Positions 1 to 8,806 of a DNA stretch of 64,000 bases are shown piece after piece; position 1 is the first letter of the stretch; every line of letters begins with the position of its first letter. A model generated the notes under the pieces. The model had not been told where the DNA came from, searched no databases, and was given only the letters and a program-made list of their open reading frames with translations. Both the position numbers and the translations under genes were made by a program. Source of the stretch: an uncultured Gemmatimonadales bacterium (lineage in GTDB: Bacteria > Gemmatimonadota > Gemmatimonadetes > Longimicrobiales > Longimicrobiaceae); assembly GCA_963716255.1 (NCBI GenBank), contig OY970303.1:2528001-2592000 (forward strand), in the 5' to 3' direction.

Positions 1-768
1 TTCCGGCAGGCGGACGGCGCCTTCGTCCGCTCCGTGCCCAACCAGGGAATGCCGTTCTGGATGGAGGCGAGGGGCGACACGGTGTGGATGTCCAGCGTCC
101 ACCTCAAGCGGAAGACCAGCCTCGCCACCTGGCGCACGGGCGAGGACACGGTGCGCCACTTCAGCCGGCTTCCCCGCGAGTACGAGCGGTCGCCCATCCT
201 GCTGGAGGCGCACCCGTACGCCACCATGGCGCGCACCGGAGACACCCTGCTGGTGGGGTTCACGGGCCACCGCGGGCTCTTCCTCACGCGCCCCGACGGC
301 ACGGTGTTCGACACGGTGGTGGTCCCCGCCGCGCTGCGGCGCGGCGTCCCCGCGGACATCCTGGAGCGGTTCGCGAAGCCCATGGAGAACGACGAGATCG
401 CCTCCATGGCCTCGGCGCTGGTCGCCATGCACCGGCTCCCCTCCGGCGACTTCGCCCTGATGCACATGGACGTTACCACCGAGGGGAGGCTGATCACCGC
501 GAAAGGCTTCCTTTCCGTGCTGTCACGCGACCTGAGCCGGGCGTGCGTGGACATCCCGTTCCACTTCCAGCAGGATGGACGGCCCGTGGTGGCGTTCCGC
601 GGGGACACGCTCCTGGTGCTGGAGCAGAAGATCGTCTCGGAGACGCGGGCGGAAACGTTCGTCCGCTCGTACCGGGTGGACACCACGGGGTGCCGCTGGA
701 TCCCCACCGGCGGCCCGGCGGACCGCGCCTCCGCCGCCGGCCGGCCCCGCGCCCGCCCCGTGGGCTGA
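1..768 (+). CDS. Hypothetical protein, 5'-truncated by the window edge, possibly a beta-propeller protein
   Basis: Frame is open from base 1 to TGA at 768, with GC3-rich codons and repeated beta-rich segments (GDTVW, GDTLLV). Confidence 0.6.
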   Translation, partial: FRQADGAFVRSVPNQGMPFWMEARGDTVWMSSVHLKRKTSLATWRTGEDTVRHFSRLPREYERSPILLEAHPYATMARTGDTLLVGFTGHRGLFLTRPDGTVFDTVVVPAALRRGVPADILERFAKPMENDEIASMASALVAMHRLPSGDFALMHMDVTTEGRLITAKGFLSVLSRDLSRACVDIPFHFQQDGRPVVAFRGDTLLVLEQKIVSETRAETFVRSYRVDTTGCRWIPTGGPADRASAAGRPRARPVG

Positions 769-778
769 CCCGGGACGG

Positions 779-2350
779 CTACGATCCCCGCGGCCGCACC
801 CACCGCTCCACCGCGCCCAGCACCCCGTCCACCGCGAGCGCCAGAAGCGCCGCCGGGATCGCCCCCGACAGGATCATCCGCGCGTCGGAAAGGGCGAGCC
901 CGGCGGCGATGGGGTCGCCCAGCCCGCCGGCGCCGATGAACGCGGCGAGCGTCGCCGTCCCCACGTTCATCACCGCGGCGGTCCGTATGCCGGCCAGGAT
1001 CAGCGGCCCGGCGAGGGGGAGGCGCACGTGGCGGAGCACCTGCCCCGGGGTCATCCCCAGCGCGCGGGCGGCCTCCGTGGCCTCGGGCCCGGCGTCGCGC
1101 ACGCCGCTGTAGGTGTTGCGGACGATGGGGTACAGCGAGTACAGGAAGAGGGCGACCAGCGCCGGCACCACGCCGATCCCCAGCAGCGGGATCATGAAGG
1201 CGAGCAGGGCGATGCTGGGCACCACCTGGAGCAGCCCCACGCCGCGGATGGCCGCCTCCGCCGCCCCGCCCCGCGCGCGCTCCAGAGCCAGCCCGAGCGG
1301 CACCGCCACCGCGACCGCCGCCGCCAGCGAGACCCCCACCAGCAGCAGGTGCCGCAGCGCGAGCGAGCCCAGCGGGGCGCGCCGCTCCCACAGGTACGCG
1401 GCCAGCGAGCCCCCGCCGCGCCGGTCGGCCTCCCCCACCCCGGCGGGACCGCCGCCCACCAGCCCCAGCTCCCGCAGCGCGTCCGCGGCCACGCGGGGAA
1501 TCGCCTCGCCGTCCACCTCCACGCGGCGGTTGAGCGCGCGCATCCGCTCCACGTCCATGCGCCCGCTGAGCTCGGTGAGCGCCGCGACCGCCGCCGGCGA
1601 CTCGCGCCACAGCCGGCGCCCCACCAGCGCCGCGGCCTCGTACGGCGGGAAGAAACGGCGGTCGTCCTCCAGCACCACCAGGTCGTAGCGGGCGATGGCG
1701 CCGTCGGTGGAGTAGGCGTCGATCACGTCTACCGCGCCGGTGGCGAGGGCCTGGTACTTGACGGCCTGGGCGAGCGCCCGGGTCTCGCGCGGGCGGAAGC
1801 CGTAGACGCGCTGGAGCCCCGGGAGGCCGTCCTTCCGGCCGATGAAGTCCGGCGTGAACCCGGCGCGCAGCCCCGGCCCGGCGCGGGCCAGGTCGCTGAG
1901 GGTGCGCAGTCCCAGCCGCCGCGCCGTGTCCCGGCGCACGGCGATGGCGTAGGTGTTCTCGAAGCCCAGCGGCGGGAGCCAGTGCGCGCCCCAGCGGCTT
2001 TCGAACCCGCGCGCCACGCGGCGAAAGGCCTCGCGCGGGTCGCGCACCGGCTCCTCCCCCAGCACGGCGAGCAGCCCGGTGCCGGTGTACTCCGGGTACA
2101 CGTCCACGGCGCCGGAGCGCAGCGCGCCGAAGGCCACCTCGGTGGCGCCCAGCCCGGGCCGCCGCTCCACCGGGAATCCACGCGCCTCCAGCAGCTGCGC
2201 GAACATCTCGGCGAGGACGTACGACTCGCCGAAGGGCTTGGAGGCGACCACCACCGGCCGCGGCGCCCGCCCGGCCGACTGCGCCGCGGCGCCCGCGGCC
2301 GCGAGTACGAGGGCGAGCGCCAGCGCGAGGAGCGCGGCCGGGCGCCTCAC
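779..2350 (-). CDS. Glycine betaine/quaternary amine ABC transporter, fused substrate-binding domain (N-terminal) and permease (C-terminal)
   Basis: GTG at 2350 overlaps the ATPase stop. Signal peptide, VASKPFGESY, DVYPEYTGT and GFENTYAI (OpuAC-like), then TM helices with the EAARALGM loop. Confidence 0.9.
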   Translation of the reverse strand: MRRPAALLALALALVLAAAGAAAQSAGRAPRPVVVASKPFGESYVLAEMFAQLLEARGFPVERRPGLGATEVAFGALRSGAVDVYPEYTGTGLLAVLGEEPVRDPREAFRRVARGFESRWGAHWLPPLGFENTYAIAVRRDTARRLGLRTLSDLARAGPGLRAGFTPDFIGRKDGLPGLQRVYGFRPRETRALAQAVKYQALATGAVDVIDAYSTDGAIARYDLVVLEDDRRFFPPYEAAALVGRRLWRESPAAVAALTELSGRMDVERMRALNRRVEVDGEAIPRVAADALRELGLVGGGPAGVGEADRRGGGSLAAYLWERRAPLGSLALRHLLLVGVSLAAAVAVAVPLGLALERARGGAAEAAIRGVGLLQVVPSIALLAFMIPLLGIGVVPALVALFLYSLYPIVRNTYSGVRDAGPEATEAARALGMTPGQVLRHVRLPLAGPLILAGIRTAAVMNVGTATLAAFIGAGGLGDPIAAGLALSDARMILSGAIPAALLALAVDGVLGAVERWVRPRGS

Positions 2351-3090
2351 GCGGCACCCACCCGCGAGCGGCGCAGCAGCTCGCGCACGTACTCCGTGGC
2401 GGGCGCGGCCAGGAGCGCGTCCGGCGCGGCGTCCTGCTCCACGCGGCCGGCGCGCAGCACGGCGACGCGGTCCGCCAGCAGCACGGCCTCGTGCAGGTCG
2501 TGCGTCACCAGCACGGTGGCGATCCCCAGCTCCCGCCGCAGCGCCCCGTACACGTCCTGGAGCTCGGCGCGGGTGATGGCGTCCAGCGCGCCGAAGGGCT
2601 CGTCCAGCAGGACCAGCGCGGGACGGGCGGCCAGCGCCCGCGCGATCGCCACGCGCTGCCGCTGCCCGCCCGACAGCTCGCGGGGGTAGCGCCCCCCGAA
2701 CCGGTCCGCGGGGAGGCCCACCAGCGCCAGCGCCTCGGCGCCGCGCGGGCCGGCCTGCGCGTCGCCGCGCAGCCAGGGGACCATCGCCGCGTTGCGCAGC
2801 ACGGTCCAGTGGGGGAGGAGCCCGCCGTCCTGGGGGACGTAGCCCACCCGCCGCCGCAGCTCCACGGGGTCCAGCGAGCGGGCGTCCGCTCCCTCCACCC
2901 GCACGACGCCCCCGTCCGGCTCCACCAGCCGGTTGAAGCAGCGCAGCAGCGTGGACTTCCCGGACCCGCTCTCCCCCACCAGCGCCACGCACTCTCCCGG
3001 CGCCACGCGCAGCGACACGCCGTCGAGCGCCGCGACGGGCCCGTAGCGCTTGCGCACGTCGGTCGCCTCCAGCGCGGGCGCGTCAGTCAA
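2347..3090 (-). CDS. ABC transporter ATP-binding subunit (OpuA/ProV-like)
   Basis: Walker A GESGSGKS, signature LSGGQRQR, Walker B LLDEPFGALD, H-loop VTHD. Confidence 0.93.
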   Translation of the reverse strand: MTDAPALEATDVRKRYGPVAALDGVSLRVAPGECVALVGESGSGKSTLLRCFNRLVEPDGGVVRVEGADARSLDPVELRRRVGYVPQDGGLLPHWTVLRNAAMVPWLRGDAQAGPRGAEALALVGLPADRFGGRYPRELSGGQRQRVAIARALAARPALVLLDEPFGALDAITRAELQDVYGALRRELGIATVLVTHDLHEAVLLADRVAVLRAGRVEQDAAPDALLAAPATEYVRELLRRSRVGAA

Positions 3091-4459
3091 GGGAATAGCG
3101 CTCCAGCCGCATCAGCAGGCTCTGGATCCCCTCGGCGAAGGTGGGGTGCACGAACTCGGCGTCCACCAGGGCGCGCGCGGGCGCGCCGGCCGCCATCAGC
3201 GCGACGAAGACGTGGACCAGCTCGCCCGCCTCGGCGCCGACGAGCGCGGCTCCCAGGACGCGCTCGGTGGCCGGGTCCAGGAGCACCTTCATCACCCCCG
3301 CGCGCCGGTCCGTCTCCACCGCGCGCGCGACGTCGCCGAAGGGCATCGTCGCCGTTTCCACGCGGATCCCCCGCTCCCCGGCCTCGCGCTCGGACAGGCC
3401 GACGCGGGCCACCTGCGGGTCGGTGAACACCGTGTAGGGGACGAGCCGACCCGCGGCGGTGCGCCCGGAGCGGCCGGTGAGCAGGTCGAAGAGGATGCGC
3501 CCGTCGTCCCAGCTGCGGTGGGTGAACTGCGGCCCGCCGGTCACGTCGCCCACGGCGTAGACGCCCGCGGCGGAGGTGCGGAAGCGCTCGTCCACCGGGA
3601 TGAAACCCTCGTCGTCCAGCCGGATGCCGGCCGCGTCGCACCCCAGGTCGCCGGTGTTGGGCTTCCGCCCCGCGGCCACCAGCAGGTGTGAGCCGCGCAG
3701 CTCCCGCCCGTCGTCGAGCACCAGGACGATCTCGCCGCTCTCCCTGCGGACCTCGCTGGCGCCGGCGCCCAGCTCCAGCTCGATCCCCTCGGCGCGGAAC
3801 GCTGCCTCCACCGCGTCCGACACGTCCGTGTCCTCGCGGTCCAGCAGGTGCGCGCTCCGCCCTGCGATCGTGACGCGCGCGCCGAAGCGGCGGAACATCT
3901 GCCCCAGCTCGCAGCCGATGTAGCCGCCGCCCAGCACCAGCAGGTGCCCGGGCAGCTCCCGCAGCTCCAGGGCGCGCGTGCTGTCCAGCCAGGGGACGGT
4001 GTCCAGCCCGGGAATGCGGGGCACCCCCGGCCGGGCGCCCACGTCCAGCACCACCGTTTCCGCGCGGTGGCGTGCGCCGTCCACCTCCACCTCGCGCTCG
4101 CCGGTGAAGCGCGCGTGGCCGCGCAGCAGCGTCAGGCGGTCGCCCGCTTCCCGGATGCGCCGCTCCACGCTCTCGCGCCACTCGCGCACCACCCGCTCCT
4201 TGCGGTCCACCACGGCGCCCAGATCCACCCGCACCTCGCCGACGTGGACGCCCAGCGACGACGCCCGGCGGGCGTCGTGGGCCGCCTGCGCGGAGGCGAT
4301 CATGGTCTTGGTGGGGGTGCACCCGCAGTTGACGCACGTCCCGCCCACGGGCCCGCGCTCGGCCAGCAGCACCCGCTTCCCGGCGGCCGCCAGGCGCGCC
4401 GCCAGCGGCACCCCGGCCTGCCCCGCCCCGATCACGACGACGTCGGCGTCCATCGACAT
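3083..4459 (-). CDS. FAD-dependent pyridine nucleotide-disulfide oxidoreductase (MerA/RclA-like, without the MerA C-terminal Cys pair)
   Basis: GAGQAG FAD motif, redox motif GGTCVNCGCTPTK, GGGYIGCE NAD(P) motif, C-terminal HPTFAE. RBS GGAGG precedes ATG at 4459. Confidence 0.88.
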   Translation of the reverse strand: MSMDADVVVIGAGQAGVPLAARLAAAGKRVLLAERGPVGGTCVNCGCTPTKTMIASAQAAHDARRASSLGVHVGEVRVDLGAVVDRKERVVREWRESVERRIREAGDRLTLLRGHARFTGEREVEVDGARHRAETVVLDVGARPGVPRIPGLDTVPWLDSTRALELRELPGHLLVLGGGYIGCELGQMFRRFGARVTIAGRSAHLLDREDTDVSDAVEAAFRAEGIELELGAGASEVRRESGEIVLVLDDGRELRGSHLLVAAGRKPNTGDLGCDAAGIRLDDEGFIPVDERFRTSAAGVYAVGDVTGGPQFTHRSWDDGRILFDLLTGRSGRTAAGRLVPYTVFTDPQVARVGLSEREAGERGIRVETATMPFGDVARAVETDRRAGVMKVLLDPATERVLGAALVGAEAGELVHVFVALMAAGAPARALVDAEFVHPTFAEGIQSLLMRLERYSLD

Positions 4460-4653
4460 CCTCCCTGGCTCCCGGCGTGTCCGGAGGTGCATGCGCCCCG
4501 TGCCGCACCCCGTGCAGATGTCTACAAACCATGCACTCCCGGCTCGCTTTTTGCGCCCCGCCCCCGGAAAATCGGGAGTGTGGCGCGCGCGTCGGCGCCG
4601 CCCTAGCTTAACTTCACCCCACCGCTCCCGCAAAAGCCCCCACTCCACCGCAC

Positions 4654-5967
4654 ATGATCCAGGACAGCGTAGTCGCCCCGCTGGCGGAGCAGGTCGCCGC
4701 CCTACTCGAGGAGGCGCGCGCGCGCACCCTGCTGCTGATCTCGCCGCTCTCCGAGGCGGAGCTCCGCGCCCAGCACAGCCGGCTGATGGGCCCCCTCCTC
4801 TGGGACCTGGGCCACATCGCCCACTTCGAGGAGCTGTGGCTCCTGCGCAACCTGGAGGGCCCGGTGGAGTTCGGGGAGATGCCGGGGATGTTCAACCCCT
4901 TCGAGAACCCGCGCGCCGTGCGGGGCGGGCTGGACATGCCCACGCTGCCGCAGACGCTTTCGGTCATGGCGGAGACGCGCGCCCTCGTGCTGGACCGCAT
5001 CCCCTCGCTGGACCTGGCCGGCGACGACCCGCTGCTGCGGGAAGGCTACGTGTTCCGCATGGTGGCCCAGCACGAGTACCAGCACGGCGAGACCATGCTC
5101 CAGGCGCTGCAGCTCAAGGAGGAGGAGGTGTACCGCGCACCCCGCGCCTGGAGCGTGCCGGAGCCGCGCTGGACGCCCCGGGAGGAGATGGTGAGGTTTC
5201 CCGGCGGCGAGGTGGAGATCGGCACGGCGGACCGGAGCGCGGCGTACGACAACGAGCGCCCGCCGCACCGGGTGGAGCTGCGCCCCTTCCGGATCGACGC
5301 GGCGCCGGTCACCAACGGCGCCTACCTGGAGTTCATGGAGGCGGGCGGCTACGACGAGCGCCGCTTCTGGACGGACGCGGGGTGGGCGTGGCGGGAGGAG
5401 ACCGGCGCCCGCTCGCCGCAGTTCTGGGAGCGCGAGGGTGGGGAGTGGATGACCCGCGCGATGGACCGCCGCGCGGCGGTGGACCCGCGCCGGCCGGTGT
5501 GCCACGTCTGCGCCCACGAGGCCGAGGCGTTCGCGCGCTGGGCCGGCAAGCGGCTCCCCACCGAGCAGGAGTGGGAGGCGGCGGCCACCTGGGACCCGGC
5601 CACCGGGACCAGGCGCGCCTATCCCTGGGGCGACGAGCCTCCCACGCGCGAGCACGCCAACCTGGACCAGCTCGCCTTCGAGACCGCGCCGGTGGGCGCC
5701 TACCCGCGCAACTTGTCGCCCATCGGGTGCTACGGGATGATCGGCGACGTGTGGGAGTGGACGGCCAGCGACTTCGCCGGCTACCCCGGCTACCGGACCT
5801 TCCCCTATCCCGAGTACTCGGAGGTGTTCTTCGGGCCGGAGTACCGCGTGCTGCGCGGCGGCTCGTGGGCCACCCGCCCGGGGGCGGCGCGGAGCACGTT
5901 CCGCAACTGGGACTACCCCATCCGCCGCCAGATCTTTTCCGGCTTCCGGTGTGCCGCCGATGAGTGA
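4654..5967 (+). CDS. egtB: Ergothioneine biosynthesis sulfoxide synthase
   Basis: DinB-like N-terminus (WDLGHIAHFEELWLLR), iron motif HEYQHGE, FGE-sulfatase domain, RNWDYPIRRQIFSGFRCA. Confidence 0.92.
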   Translation: MIQDSVVAPLAEQVAALLEEARARTLLLISPLSEAELRAQHSRLMGPLLWDLGHIAHFEELWLLRNLEGPVEFGEMPGMFNPFENPRAVRGGLDMPTLPQTLSVMAETRALVLDRIPSLDLAGDDPLLREGYVFRMVAQHEYQHGETMLQALQLKEEEVYRAPRAWSVPEPRWTPREEMVRFPGGEVEIGTADRSAAYDNERPPHRVELRPFRIDAAPVTNGAYLEFMEAGGYDERRFWTDAGWAWREETGARSPQFWEREGGEWMTRAMDRRAAVDPRRPVCHVCAHEAEAFARWAGKRLPTEQEWEAAATWDPATGTRRAYPWGDEPPTREHANLDQLAFETAPVGAYPRNLSPIGCYGMIGDVWEWTASDFAGYPGYRTFPYPEYSEVFFGPEYRVLRGGSWATRPGAARSTFRNWDYPIRRQIFSGFRCAADE

Positions 5968-6922
5968 GCCCGTGCTCGCGGAGACCGCACCCCCCGCGGG
6001 GATGCTCGCCGACCTGCGCGAGGGGCTGTCGCGCCCGCAGAAGGAGCTGCCGCCCAAGTACTTCTACGACGTGCGCGGCTCGGAGCTGTTCGAGGAGATC
6101 ACCCGCCTCCCCGAGTACTACCTGACGCGCACCGAGCGCGGCCTGCTGGAGCGGTGGATGCCGGAGTGGGCCGCGGCGCTGCGGCCCCGCGCGCTGGTGG
6201 AGCTGGGCGCGGGGAGCGCGGTGAAGACGCGCATCGTGCTGGACGCCATGGCGGAGGCCGGCGCGGCGGAGGTCTACGTTCCCGTGGACGTGAGCGCCGA
6301 GTTCCTGGCCGACACCGCGGCCCGCCTGCGCGCCGAGTACCCGTCGCTGCGCGTGGTCCCCGCCGTCGCGGACATCTCGGAGGAGTTCGAGCTGCCGGGG
6401 GGGCTCCCGCGGCCCACGCTCCTGGCCTTCCTGGGGAGCACCATCGGCAACTTCGCGCCGGAGGGCGCGGCGGCGTTGCTGCGGCAGGTGCGCGGGGCGA
6501 TGCGGCCGGGGGACCGCTTCCTCATGGGGGTGGACCTGCGCAAGGACCCGGCGCGGATCGAGGCCGCCTACAACGACGCGCGCGGCGTGACGGCGGAGTT
6601 CAACCGCAACATGCTGCGCGTGCTGAACCGCGAGGCCGGGGCCGACTTCGACGTGGACGCCTTCGAGCACCGCGCCTTCTACGACCCGGCGGAGCACCGC
6701 ATCGAGATGCACCTGGTGGCCCCCGCCGCGCAGACCGTCCACGTTCCCGGGGTGGGCGACGTGCGCCTGGCCGCCGGCGAGTCCATCCGCACCGAGATCA
6801 GCTGCAAGCACGACCGGGCGAGCGTGGCGGCGCTGTTCGCCGGCGCCGGGCTGGCCGTGGAGCGCTGGCAGACCGACGCCGAGGGGCTGTACGCGCTCCT
6901 CCTCGGCGCCCCGGCGGAGTGA
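5960..6922 (+). CDS. egtD: L-histidine N(alpha)-methyltransferase
   Basis: KELPPKYFYD, PEYYLTRTE, ELGAGS, FLGSTIGNF, AYND..GVTAEFN, TEISCK. Confidence 0.95.
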   Translation: MSEPVLAETAPPAGMLADLREGLSRPQKELPPKYFYDVRGSELFEEITRLPEYYLTRTERGLLERWMPEWAAALRPRALVELGAGSAVKTRIVLDAMAEAGAAEVYVPVDVSAEFLADTAARLRAEYPSLRVVPAVADISEEFELPGGLPRPTLLAFLGSTIGNFAPEGAAALLRQVRGAMRPGDRFLMGVDLRKDPARIEAAYNDARGVTAEFNRNMLRVLNREAGADFDVDAFEHRAFYDPAEHRIEMHLVAPAAQTVHVPGVGDVRLAAGESIRTEISCKHDRASVAALFAGAGLAVERWQTDAEGLYALLLGAPAE

Positions 6923-8208
6923 GCCGCGCGATCCCGCGACCCGTGACGCCCCCCGAGCAACCCACCCGCCCCGCGCTCCTGGCGGGCCTGCGCTCCCAAG
7001 ACTTCGGCGTGGGGGCGCGGGCGCGGCCGCCGCGCATCGGCGCGGAGGTGGAGCTGGTGGCGCTCCTCGCCGGGACGCACGCCCCCGCGCCCCTGGTGGC
7101 GGCGAAGGGCCCGGCCACGCTCCCCCTGCTGCGGCGGCACGCGGCCCGGCACGGGTGGACGGAGAAGTTCTCGGCCTACGGCCCGCCGTGCTTCGTCCTC
7201 CCGGACGGCGGGGTGGTCTCCTACGAGCCGGGCGGGCAGGTGGAACTGAGCGCGGCGCCCTTCGCCTCGGCCAGCGCGCTGCTGGACTCGCTGCGCGGCG
7301 CGGTGCTCCCGCTGGTGGCCGCCGCCCGCGACGAGGGGATCGAGCTGCTCACGGTGGGGATGGACCCGCACAACCCGGCGGAGGCGGTGCCGCTGCAGCT
7401 CTGCGGCCCGCGCTACGGCCGCATGGCGGAGTACCTGGCGGGGATCGGCCCGCACGGCGCCCGGATGATGCGGCAGACGGCGTCGGTGCAGGTGAACCTG
7501 GACTGGGCCGGCGACCCGCTGGACGCCTGGCGGGTCCTCAACGCCGCGGCGCCCTACCTGACCGCGATCTTCGCCAACTCGCCGGTGTACGCCGGCGCTC
7601 CCACCGGGCACCGCAGCACGCGCGCGCACGCCTGGCGCGAGCTGGACCCGGCGCGCACCGGCGCTTTCGCCGGCGGGGGCGACCCTGTGGACGAGTACCT
7701 GGAGTTCGCGCTGCGCGCCCCGGCGATCCTCCTCCCCTGGCCGGAGGGGGAGGCCCGCCCGGCCGGGGAATGGCTGGCGCGCGGGGAGATGGGCGAGGAG
7801 GAGTGGCGGACGCACCTCACCACGTTGTTCCCGGAGGTGCGCCCCAAGGGCTACGCCGAGGTGCGCTCCATCGACATGCTGGACGCGGAGTGGTGGGCCG
7901 CGCCGATCGCGCTGCTCGCCGGGATCGCCTACGACCCGGCGGCCCGGCGCGCCGCCGCGGACCTGCTTGGCGACCCGGAGCCCGGGCTGCTGCGCCGGGC
8001 GGGGCGCGTGGGTCTGGGAGACCCGGAGATCGCCCGCGTCGCCGCCGACCTGTTCGCCGTGGGGCTGGAGGGCGCCGCCGCCCTGGGGACGGACTTCCTG
8101 GCGCCCGCCGACCTGGAAGCGGCGCGCGAGTTCAACGAGCGCTACACCCGCCGCGCCCTCGCCCCCGCCGACGACGCCAGCCCCGCGGCACTCACCCGGC
8201 TCGCTTGA
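6919..8208 (+). CDS. egtA: Glutamate--cysteine ligase (GCS2/EgtA family)
   Basis: GTG overlaps the egtD stop. IGAEVE, SYEPGGQVELS, MMRQTASVQVNLD, FANSP, HLTTLFPEVRPKGYAEVR. Confidence 0.85.
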   Translation: MSRAIPRPVTPPEQPTRPALLAGLRSQDFGVGARARPPRIGAEVELVALLAGTHAPAPLVAAKGPATLPLLRRHAARHGWTEKFSAYGPPCFVLPDGGVVSYEPGGQVELSAAPFASASALLDSLRGAVLPLVAAARDEGIELLTVGMDPHNPAEAVPLQLCGPRYGRMAEYLAGIGPHGARMMRQTASVQVNLDWAGDPLDAWRVLNAAAPYLTAIFANSPVYAGAPTGHRSTRAHAWRELDPARTGAFAGGGDPVDEYLEFALRAPAILLPWPEGEARPAGEWLARGEMGEEEWRTHLTTLFPEVRPKGYAEVRSIDMLDAEWWAAPIALLAGIAYDPAARRAAADLLGDPEPGLLRRAGRVGLGDPEIARVAADLFAVGLEGAAALGTDFLAPADLEAAREFNERYTRRALAPADDASPAALTRLA

Positions 8209-8216
8209 GGCTCGCC
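8191..8216 (+). repeat. Partial copy of palindromic repeat family B
   Basis: CTCACCCGGCTCGCTTGAGGCTCGCC matches 11037-11062 and supplies the egtA stop codon. Confidence 0.75.
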
Positions 8217-8806
8217 TCCCGGGTCCTTGATCCGGTTCACGCGAAGCGTGAAGCGTGAAGCGCCATCCAGGGAGAGGGGGCCGACGGCGATCGGCGCAAG
8301 CCGAAAGGCCGGGGGACGACTCTCGTTCCCCGGCCTTCGTCGTTCCACACGGCGTGCGGCGCGCGCGGCGCTCCGCTCGTCACGGGACGCCGCGCTTCGT
8401 CCCCGCGAGGTTGCCCGTCCGCTCCTCTCCCGGCATCCATCCCCCTCCGCCGGCCCCCGTCGCTCCCGACCCTCGACCCCGTCCACGCCATGTCGTCTCC
8501 CGCGCTGCGCGTCCGTTGCCTGTGGGCCGTGCCTGCCCTGCTGCTCGCCGTCCTCGCCTGCGCGTGCGCGGCGGCGGGAAGGGGTGCGCGAGAGTCCGGC
8601 GGGTGGAGCGCGGTGGTGAAGCGGTACGTGGAGCGGTGACGCGGACACGTCCCGTCCCTCCCCGGCTCGCCTCGTCCTCCCCTGGCGCGGCCCGCGCCCG
8701 GCGAGTTGCTCCCCCGGGGCGGATCGCGTAGCGTTCACGGGATCACGGCCGCGCCGCCCCCGGCTCCGCGCGGCCACGGACGGACCCAGACGCCCCACTC
8801 CGCCGG

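Noticed and set aside
3083..4459. merA mercury resistance gene
   Set aside because: No C-terminal Cys-Cys pair, no N-terminal metal-binding domain, and no merR/T/P neighbours.
4654..5967. Selenoneine (senA) or ovothiol (ovoA) synthase
   Set aside because: No adjacent SenB glycosyltransferase or SelD and no fused methyltransferase. The context is egtD plus a glutamate-cysteine ligase.
8230..8800. Possible gene or ncRNA in the long intergenic region
   Set aside because: ORFs there lack motifs and codon bias, and no recognisable RNA structure or second copy was seen.
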